A DNA stretch of 64,000 nucleotides from contig DF237281.1 in the NCBI GenBank assembly GCA_000708835.1, positions 37,235-101,234 of the forward strand. Reading direction: 5' to 3'. Source of the DNA: Klebsormidium nitens (lineage: Eukaryota > Plantae > Klebsormidiophyceae). Below, piece after piece: positions 39,380-48,941 of this stretch. The position numbers and the translations under genes are program-made. The notes under the pieces were generated by a model, which was not told the DNA's origin, did not search any database, and saw only the letters and a program-made list of their open reading frames with translations. How positions within the stretch are numbered: position 1 is the first letter of the stretch; every line of letters begins with the position of its first letter.

Positions 39380-40877
39380 TTTGATAACGGCCGTCCAGCT
39401 GTCTGCAAGTGCCAAAGGTCGGACAAGGTGTAGCAAGGTCAAGGCGACTCTCGCTATTCAAGCGAAGACGTGTAACTCCACTTACAATCTGATCTCTGGG
39501 TATACGTAGTTCCATACATGTCAGAATACTAAAAACGAAAAGGTCTTGAAGGACTTGATCTGCTCAACGATGCTAGGGGCGGCAAATTAGCGTTTCGATC
39601 CTAGCATCAACGAACTACATATATCTGAAGTTGATCATAGAGATCTTCAGATGAGCGATTTGATTTGGCCGCTGCTTGCTCCTCTCAAAGCCCAGCTCTA
39701 TTCAGTTAAGGTTGCCACAGATTCTTGAGGGATGTGAAACATGATCTCTCGCAGGGCTTATAAGGTCCGCTTACTCTACGCAAGACAGTTTTACCAACTT
39801 TCAGGGTTGACTCGTCGCTTGAATATGATTCAAACCGACTGTAGAAATCAAAGTTTTGCGGGCAGCAAGTGCGAAAGTAAAGGGCGAAAAGAGCGATCGG
39901 AAAGGTTGCTACCTCTAATTTCGTTTCTATAGGAAATGTCAGAGCACGGTTACGGTGCTAGCCGTCAAATGTGCCGCGCCTGAACACATGGATCACTTCG
40001 TCCGTTCGTTTCGATAAAGTAGTTCTGTCTTCGCGCATCGTCGGCTGGACTGTATGCAACTTGTCAGATCACCACCCGATGATGCTTGGCTGGCCGCTAA
40101 AATTGCCTCTTGGATAGAAATGCGTGCACTTTTTTAAAACTCTTCGTACTAAGAGACGGGTTGCCTTGAGCCAGAGCTCGATCAAGGCAACGAACTACCC
40201 AAAATCAACTGCATAGCAGCATTCAAACCCATCCCGAGGTGGACTTTCCATTCAATATAGAACACCTTTGCAAAGAGTTCAAGTGGACGACATGAAATAC
40301 GCGCTAACCTGAAGACGTTCTGGATCATTGATATGACTGTCAACCCAGTTGAGTTAGCTAGTAATCGTACTCAGAAGCTATACTTGGTAGCTGGGGAGAT
40401 CCGACCACTCCTAAAGTGGGTCTGATGATTGTCGTCGGAAGTAGGTCATTGAGTACGAGTACTCAGACTTGGACAAATTGTCTAGCATAAGTAGAAATGG
40501 TTATCCAGTCGGGTGCCCACTTCGTGGGATTTAAATAGGGCCCGGCACCTCGAAGCTACTGGTGCATCAGATCCTGCGCCAACTTTCTCCAAACAAATTA
40601 AGACCGCGGCACCTCGAAGATAGGCTGTCTGATTACTGGTACCCCAAAGCCAGAGTCAAGCTGATGCAAGGTTCGCAGTATGACGACTTTGCCAGAAGCA
40701 CCCCACGTGACGTGAGTCGCCCATCACGGTGTTAAACAGGTAACACACATTTCGTCTTTTGTGGGAAATAATCAAAAGCAGCCAGACACCTGCCCAACAA
40801 CAAAAGGTGGCGAGTACCAGTCGTCGACTGGTGTTGAATCTATGTCCTAAATTGAACTGATAAAAAGTTGGCGGCAG

Positions 40878-41087
40878 TGGAGCTGGCGGGGTTCGAACCC
40901 GCATCTCTCAGCCCAGGAACTCCCGGTCTCTTGCCAGCGTCCTCCGGTCTCGCCCCCTAGCCGCAGCGCAGTGCCCTGCTTGCCCGGGGAATGTGCTCGG
41001 CGCGGGACTCTTCGAGACGGCGCAGATTTTCGCGCACGCGATCCGGGGTCTTTCAAATTGGCGCTCTGCCAGTTGAGCTACAGCCCC
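40878..41087 (-). ncRNA. tRNA-framed ncRNA copy 6 (210 nt, Ala-type acceptor stem)
   Basis: GGGGCTG TA GCTC AACTGGCA GAGC G ... GAGAT GCGGG TTCGAAC CCCGC CAGCTCC A, with T5 about 11 nt downstream. AATATATAT at -42..-34 and CCCACA at -73. Confidence 0.8.
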
Positions 41088-42283
41088 TGCTCGATAAATG
41101 GCACCGGGCGGTAAATTGCGATATATATTCCGCGGATAATCTGAAGTCATCAGTTGTGGGTCCCGTCAGAAGTGGACCGTCGATGGCGCCGCGGACGGTG
41201 CCGATGGAGCGAAACCTGGCGGACTCGGCGGCGGCCGCGCGGCATCGATTTTAAAAATCTCGGCGCAGGTTGGCTGCAGGCTAAGGCGAGGCCGCACTTC
41301 CACAAAAGCCGCGCATTGGCAGAGACCATGAAATTACTGAAACGATTGTCGCCCCTAGCATGCAAAGCCAGCTGTGAGAGTGTACCCGCGTTCAGTGATC
41401 GAGAACTGCATCGTTGCACGATTTCATTTTCCACCCTCAATGCATCCGTTGATCAGAAGTTACCCTGAAATACCTCATATACCGGACAAACAGTTAGAGA
41501 AAGCCAAACTTGTTGTGTACGTAATCCAATCTCCTTTTCAACAGTGACGACGTGGTGATGCTACATCGATCATCTCTTCCTTGGGGGAAAATTGAACTAA
41601 AGAACACCATAGACTGATCCCATGATTGGCCATGCAGACCTAAACTTCAGCGTATGAACTAGGAAACTTTTGGTTTAGCGTTCTGTTGTTCTGCGCATGA
41701 GTTGGAAGCACATGGGCGCCGTACACGAAGATACTCAAAGCTTACAAGCTCTCTTGATCCAATCAAAAGTCGGACGAGCTTTCTGCTTTTTTGAGGGTCC
41801 CAGTTGGATGATGCTGCACCAGTGGTACAAGAATGTGACCCGGACTGACGGACTCCTAGCGATCCTAGCCGCGGAGTCGATCAAGCACACCGTCGCCAAA
41901 GCCGGTTGAGAAACCGTCAGCTTTTCAGTGGCCAGATACAATCATCAGAGGAACGGCTGGGCGCTCGCTCGAAAACAACGGCGCGCTGGCACCCTAGCCT
42001 TGTAAGGATTCGACTGTCAGGCCCAATGATCAGTGGCCATTTCGTGATTCCAGATTCCGGTCAGCTAGGCCCTCTCCAGAAGCGCCATACACAGCCCAAA
42101 AAGCTTTTCTCAAAATGGTAGACCGGCGGAAGGAATTAGAAGTAGTAGAGTAGGCTTCCAATGCTGTGTATCCCATCTGCATTTCCTTTTCCTTACAGGC
42201 CAGGTCATCACGGCAGCAGGCTAAGACGTGAGCTCGCTTGACCATTCTCAAGAACAGAAAAACCATCAGAAACTAAAAGATAC

Positions 42284-42564
42284 TGGACTCTGGCGGGACT
42301 CGAAACCCGCGTCTCCCAGCCGGCCGGCATTTGCGCTGCCCGGAGGTTGGAGGCCCCTCGGTGGCGCAAGCCCCGAGGAAGCCCCGGCTGACCTCGTGCA
42401 CCTCTCGGTGCAATTCTGGCCGGATACACAGGCGAAGCGCGGCCGCGCGCGGCTCGCAGCAAGCTCTCAGCAGGCTGTGGCTCCTCTTGGGGGATCCCTC
42501 CGTCCGAACCATGTTAACCATACGGCCGGAGGGTTCGGCGCTCTGCCCATCGAGATACAGCCCC
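42284..42564 (-). ncRNA. tRNA-framed ncRNA copy 7 (281 nt), degenerate and possibly a pseudogene
   Basis: GGGGCTG TATCTCGATGGGCAGAGCG ... GAGAC GCGGG TTTCGAGT CCCGC CAGAGTCC A. Mutated A box, extra T in the T-loop, insertion in the acceptor 3' strand, and no TATA at -35. T4 downstream is retained. Confidence 0.6.
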
Positions 42565-43940
42565 TGGAGATGAATATGATCCGAAGTATCGAAGCTTTCG
42601 ACCAGTTGTACTGTCGTTTGTGGGTTGTCGACTTTTGTGGATCAAGCTTACGTTTGCATGTTTGTAATCGTCGATCGATAGGTTGACGGATATGGGCGCT
42701 CCTGACGGAGCGTTGTTTGCTGGCAGGACTCATTCGCGTATCGCTTGCAGTTTTCGGCCGGACCCGTGTCGCGCAAGGTCTCGTACACCCCAGCACAAGC
42801 CGCCCTTTGCAAAAGATCCAAATCAAAGTCAGGCCATGAGACCGGCGCCAATTGCGACCGGTTGGCGCTCCTTTAATTGACGACAGCGTTTTCTCAGCGC
42901 ATGCAGTTCAGCACCCAAAGTGGGCACTTCGAGTTGATTTGAAGGAAGCAATCTTAGTAGACTTACTTGTAATTCAAAGTGCAGACGCTTCGAACCGTCT
43001 CTTACGTGTATGTAGACGCTAGATACTCGCTACGACCATCAAAAGGCTCGACCTCTGTTGCAAATCAGATGTGTCGGTACGTGAGGCTGACTTGATCGGT
43101 GCTTCGTCTTACTTTCTTTGGCAGAATGTTTCAAGCTGTTCTTGACCACAGATCGCAGTAGAGGACGATGATTTAAATATCTACCGAACCAGTGCAGGCG
43201 ATCAGCTGACTTGTTGGAAATTCGGGGATTCAATAGTACTGTCAGCCGTTGGAATCTCTTGGGCCAGAATCGAGTCCAGATCATCGTAATTCTCACGTGA
43301 AATTTTCGGGCTTCTGATTGCAATTCTAAATAACTTTAAACTTCTGTGCTCCTTCCGCCGGTAAAGCAAGCGCACTTGCACTAGGTGTTCGTTCTTCTGG
43401 TTCTCCAAGTTCTCCAAAAACTCCTTCCCGTTCTGAAGTTCGGAGGGATCTTGTACTTTCTCCCAGTACATGAAATTGCGGATACAATGAGAAGAGCAGA
43501 ATGCCGTTGCTACCAGTTTGGACATGTTCACCACGTCAACGGCTAGGGGCTCGCCAGATTAAAAATAATACCCCTCAGACCATGTCGCTATACCAGTCGC
43601 TGGTGCGGGGGTTGATCTTCTGTAAAGCTTGACGGGCGGTCCTCCTTTGGGGACCGCGCAATCTGCTAGAGCTAGGCAGAAATTTCATGGCCCCAATCCT
43701 GGGGAAACTCTGTCGGAAACCTCGGAGGTTGAGACCGCTTGTGAGAAATGCATTCTAGGGTTTCACACATAGGTTTTGTTTTTTCCAGCATTGAATAGCA
43801 ACCAGCCTGCGCGTGACCCGTTCGTACTTTATGAAGCAGAAATCGATTAGATTCTCACCTTTTCACTCGCTTCCAAAATGGCCTCCAACGGCATGTCCCG
43901 AACTTTGAAGGTAAGACTTCAGTTAAGACCAAAAAGTGGG

Positions 43941-44148
43941 TGGAGCTGGCGGGAGTCGAACCCGCATCTCCCAGCACCCGGGGGTGCTCAGCCAATGATC
44001 GGTAAGTGGCGCGGGTACTCAGTTAAACCGGAGCCCAGTTGAGCTCCGGGCACTCTCCCCTGGCTGCTCAAGGCAGAAAACTGAGGGACGGTCCTTCCTC
44101 CTCAGGCCACAGACCGCGCCGGCGCTTTGCCATTAAGCTACCACCCCC
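43941..44148 (-). ncRNA. tRNA-framed ncRNA copy 8 (~208 nt, Ala-type acceptor stem)
   Basis: GGGGGTGG TA GCTT AATGGCA AAGC G CCGGC [insert] GCTGG GAGAT GCGGG TTCGACT CCCGC CAGCTCC A, then CCCACTTTTT. TTTATTAT near -36 and CCCACC at -73. Confidence 0.78.
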
Positions 44149-45557
44149 GTCGAAGTTGACATTGTGCACCCGCTTTAGGATAATAAACGCTCCATCAGTC
44201 ACTTGAGGAATCCGGTGGGCTCGGCTCGACTTACTTAAATTGGCATCGTCGATTAGAAATCAGCGGTCGCAAGAGCGCAATCTCTAATACGGACCACCGA
44301 TGGCATCGTGACATAACATGCATGTAACAGATTTCGAATACACATTTGACTGCTACCTGGCTCGATTAAAGCGGGTGGAGTTATATGAGCTCGATTCAAC
44401 CTGCCCTTCTATTGTCCCTCATTTAAACCAATGGCCTCAGATTATTGACCAGGCACGGTGCAGGACGGAATGGTCGAAGTTCTCAAATAAATTTAGAGCA
44501 AGATTACATGGTGCAATTGGCGGCTCTGTCAATGCCGAGAACGGCAAGTCCGATATGAGATTGACGGAATCGCACAAGACTTCGACCTAGATAATAGGCC
44601 ATCGTTCTTCACTCAGTGCTTGCGGAGGTACAAGTGGAGTCTCGAAACTTGGTAATGAATTCATATCCTACTGTGGCCATGCGGGCCGGTGCAACGGGCA
44701 AGATCATGAGCGGAGGCGCCGCGTGCGCAGCGATTCTGCAGTCTTCCAAAGCATGGAGGGAGAGAAAGCCATTACGGCAGACTTCGCTGCTCTACAGACA
44801 TTCCGTTCCCCTTGAGCTTGTCTTATTTTCAAGCTCGCGGCCAGAGAACTGTCGATGTTTCAGATAGCGCAAGGAAATCAGAGCATGCAATCTCTATAAG
44901 TGGCTGAATTGATTCTGCTGCAACTTCGTTCAATTGGTTCGACGTTGTTATACACGCGGCCGGATGTGTCACTCGCATATCCGCGATGAGCTGTTGTGTG
45001 CTACATTTGGTCATGCATGGCATTGGATGCCTCACGATTAATTCAGCCCTTCGAGTTTCCTTGAGTTCACACCGACGGATGACATTGATGAAAGCAACTT
45101 GGGTAACAATCAACAACTTTACGATAACAGATCAGCTTTTTCTTTGCTACCACTATCAGAGACCCCTGAAGTCAACTCTGGCTCGTGGACATTACTTACT
45201 CAACACCTCCGACAGCATCTCGCTAGAGTTTCTTCATGACGTGACCAGAGTAAAGGCTAGGAATGCGCTTACAATCACAACTCCTCATTTCAAGGCTCGG
45301 GAAAACCTGCTGTCGCTAAAAATGATCATGATAAGTTTCAGCGTATTCGGTTCCACCTTAAGGCTCAACTCATATTTATATGCACTGTTCCTCAGCAACC
45401 CATCAACTCTTTATAACTGTTCCTCAGCATCCCCTCAACTCTTTGTGAAGTTAAGCCTTTTGATACACCTCCAAATCTGATAACTTAACACCTTCACCTA
45501 GTCGAAAATAGCGAGCTGATCAAGGACGATATAGAATTTGACGAGGCTATGTGGCTA

Positions 45558-47105
45558 TCAGTCGGAGAAAGTCGAGCTCGAGTCGTCCCACCCCACCAGG
45601 CAGAGAGACACCACATTGCCCACAGTCGCTACTCCGGCCTGTAGCAGCGCTATCGCAAACAAGCCGTAAGCTGCAGACTTGCCCAGCCAGAGACGCGAAC
45701 TAGACTGGGGCTTTGGGGGATCGTCCGGACTACCCGCCGGAGCCTGATCATGGCCCCCCTGTCCGTTTTTCCCGGCTTTCCTTTCGGATCTCCCATCAGC
45801 GCCTTGCCCATTTTGCTGAGCCTCGTCTCCTTCGCTTGCTTCGTCGCTTGACCCCGACCGTTCAGGAGACGACCGCGCAGCGTCTCTATCTTCATTGGCG
45901 TTCGGTCGTCTCCCCTCACCAGCTTGGCTGCGGCCTGGGCTAGATTCGTGCGCTTCTTTCGTGCCTTCCTCTCGCATCTCAAAAGCGTGGTTCTCAAACT
46001 TCCGCACTCCACTACCCCCGCCCTTCCGCTCCTTATCCAGCAGTTTCAAGAGCGCATACCCCGGCACAACCAGGTTTACAAAGCTCAGCACAATGCCGCC
46101 AGCCATCCCCTGCACAACGCCCAGGTTCTTGATGGCCACCGCAATCCCCAGGGAGCCGAGGAAAAAGAGGGTCGCAAAAAGAACAGCCCACTTTCGCTCC
46201 TCCGCTCGCTTGGGGCCCAGGACAAGGTAACCCAAATGCAGTCTCCCGATGATTACATTCAGCGGGAACACAACGACAACACTAGCGAGGGAAATGTAGA
46301 GGGCGGTGTATAGGGCGCCTGGCTTGTCCTCGTACAGGTTAAAGAAGTTGGCCTCTTGAGTTCCCGGATATTGAAGGTAGCCCAAGGTCCCAAAGCTGAC
46401 GTAGAGCAGCCCGCAGATTGAAAAGGAGATGTAGACTAATGCTTTGCCCTTGGCCAGACTGCGGTCGCGCATCTCCCGGTAAAGCGGAATGATCCCGGTT
46501 TGGCCCGCGAACTGCTGGATGGACAGGGCGAGCATTAGATCTGGGCTCCAGTTAGCTAGAACTACGTCATCGAGTGGTAACCCTTCCCCTACGGCGGTGT
46601 CAATAAATGTGTAGGTTAGGATAGCAAAGCCGGTTAAGGTGCACAGAACAGCGCCAAACGAAAGTTTGCTCAGGAACTGCAGCTTCTTGGTATAGATTAG
46701 AGGCCAGATCAGGACCGCCGCTCGGAGCAGGACAATCAGGGGCCGGTTAGGCATAAACCGGTGGGTTATCAGCCGGTGTTTGATGCTAACCGCAAAATCC
46801 CCCATCAGGATCAGGCGCTGGCAGCACGCAAACAACTCGCCCAACACGATGAAAGCGTCTAAGAGCTGCGCCCACCGAGTGCCCAACACTTTTTGGGTTA
46901 AGTCGTGGTAACTTTCCGGGGTGCCAAACTCCTCGGCTGCCTGGAGCATAACCGTGCAGGCAAAGGCGTTAACCAGGCCCAAACCGACCATGGACAAGGA
47001 GGAGAGGAGCAGGCCCATTTGGGTCGCGGTTAGCGGGGTGGTTATCCAGCCTGACCCAAAAAGGAGGCTGCAGAAGTTGAGGTGGTGCTGAGAAGGTACC
47101 AGCAT
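45558..47105 (-). CDS. Amino-acid transporter, Aa_trans (AAAP/SLC38-like) family, intronless, with an acidic/Gly-rich loop near the C-terminus
   Basis: About 11 hydrophobic segments. TM1 LLFGSGWITTPL..G, SYHDLTQKVLG, FAGQTGIIPLYREMRD, YVSFGTLGYLQY and VFPLNVIIGR follow the family pattern. Confidence 0.85.
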   Translation of the reverse strand: MLVPSQHHLNFCSLLFGSGWITTPLTATQMGLLLSSLSMVGLGLVNAFACTVMLQAAEEFGTPESYHDLTQKVLGTRWAQLLDAFIVLGELFACCQRLILMGDFAVSIKHRLITHRFMPNRPLIVLLRAAVLIWPLIYTKKLQFLSKLSFGAVLCTLTGFAILTYTFIDTAVGEGLPLDDVVLANWSPDLMLALSIQQFAGQTGIIPLYREMRDRSLAKGKALVYISFSICGLLYVSFGTLGYLQYPGTQEANFFNLYEDKPGALYTALYISLASVVVVFPLNVIIGRLHLGYLVLGPKRAEERKWAVLFATLFFLGSLGIAVAIKNLGVVQGMAGGIVLSFVNLVVPGYALLKLLDKERKGGGSGVRKFENHAFEMREEGTKEAHESSPGRSQAGEGRRPNANEDRDAARSSPERSGSSDEASEGDEAQQNGQGADGRSERKAGKNGQGGHDQAPAGSPDDPPKPQSSSRLWLGKSAAYGLFAIALLQAGVATVGNVVSLCLVGWDDSSSTFSD

Positions 47106-48941
47106 TGCCGCATAGAGGTCATCGTAGCTGAATCTACTAACCTGTGTTCTGCCCTAAGAGGAGATGTAAAGCTGGCACCGGCGCCTGAGATAACAAGGCG
47201 TCCCTGAGATCTGGCCCTTGAGCTGCTCGGATATTGGGCAACTGGGATCCCCTCAATACTCATAAGAGTAGTCACAGAAAGTCTCTTGCTGGCAAATAGA
47301 ACTCCAGACCCTGCCTTCTGCTTGAGTGCATGCTTTCAGCTGGGGTGCGAACTTTGAGAGGGGCCGATGGTCAGCTCTACCGCCGAAGTGACGCAGGCGC
47401 CGGAGTGGCCCAGCTAGTTATCATAGCTGCAGCTAGGCCTCGCAAACTAACTTCAAACAGCGTCCACGTCATGATGTTGAGGTATCTAGCACAGAATCAT
47501 TGTATATACAGTGCATGCAACTCCATACTGCTGACGCGCAGCGAAATCTTAGTGGAGTCAGTGGCTGATCAGAGGGATCGAACTAGGTACCTAGCTAGGC
47601 TATGATTGACAACCTTAACGATCCGAGTGCAAAGTGAGTTCCGCTTCTGATCTAGGTATACCTAGCTAGCTAAGCACAATGCAGGACGTCGTACCTATGT
47701 GTTAGGACTAGTAGTGAAACCACCTTGCAGCGGTTTAATAACCATAGGCTATGCTTTGAGACACTTGTTCAGGTGGCAGCTAGTTCCGTGCTGCACTTGT
47801 TTACTTTTGCAAGGGCTTGGGACTGTAGGTAGCTGCATTGTACCGGTACTGATGCTTGCTTTGCATGCTCCACCATTGATGCGTTCAGTTGACGGGCCTA
47901 CTGAGCACTGAGCAGGCCGCAGGCGGGCCGCTGCAGAACGCCGCAGAAAGGCGGAGGGCGGCTACAGCCACCCTCTACCATGCATGAGCGACATCTGTCA
48001 TTGTAAGCGCCAGAACAAAAGATAAATGCTTGGCGAACTTTGCAAACTCCAGAGGCGACCAGACTCCTGAGTCCTGACTCCAGCCGCTCTTCGCGGCCGG
48101 CACCTTTGCCGGGCGGTCGGCGGACGCGCCACCTCCGCTCAGCTAGCTACGACTTATTGCAATGCCGTCATCCAATCATTGGACGACGGACTCCGTTCCG
48201 TCGTGAAGGACCTGACGTCATTGAAAGTCGAGATCGGAAGCAGCACAGCGGCTGCGCCGCTGCAGCTCCTCAGGCTGCAGCTCTAGCTCTGCATCGGAAA
48301 AGCAAAGCTACAGCCTACAGGCGGCGGCCCGGCCCTGCCGATACCCTGAGCTGCCTTAGGTCTACATTACACGCTATGTACAGCTCTCGGTCAAACCAGC
48401 TTGAAGTTCTAACTTCTGACCGAATAATTTCAGACAGTCCTGGGTAGAGAACAACGTTCGCAGAATTCTAGAGGCGTTCATCAGTTGTGCTGTAGGGTCT
48501 GCTAGACTGCTCATGGCTAGGCAAGGCTTTAATTAGCCTCCTGTTACAAAACTTTCAATCTCAGACGTAGCTTTGTGGCTGTACTGAAAACAAAGAAGGG
48601 GGAGATTACCATGCAATGTAAGGTGGCAACTCTGCACTAGGAAGACGTATGGCCCAGCACAGCACGCACATGAGTCTTTGGAAGGAAGCTAATGTCAGCC
48701 AGCTCTGCTGGATTGCTATCCTGCAGCTAACCTAGGAAAAATCTTAATATACAAACAGGAGTACTTCACGCTTCTGCTAATTTGCAGAGCAGGTACGCGA
48801 AAGATCAATCAAGGTGATCTTGACAGCTCTCTTGCCACCGCCAGATCAGCAGAATCCAGACAATCTTGAGGCAGACTGCGCTAGCTCATAACATGCACAG
48901 TGCAGTCGTGCTCCTATATTAGCCGTGGCAGAAGAGAATTG

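Noticed and set aside
31696-44148. Calling copies 1, 6 and 8 bona fide tmRNA (ssrA) from a bacterial contaminant or organelle
   Set aside because: They have a full D-stem, no recognisable tag ORF, no encoded CCA, eukaryotic USE/TATA-like and oligo-T signals, and sit among spliced nuclear genes.
30100-44600. The many 60-170 aa ORFs in the ORF track across the cluster
   Set aside because: Reading frames are not conserved between paralogous flanks and no domains are recognisable. Several simply overlap the GC-rich RNA genes.
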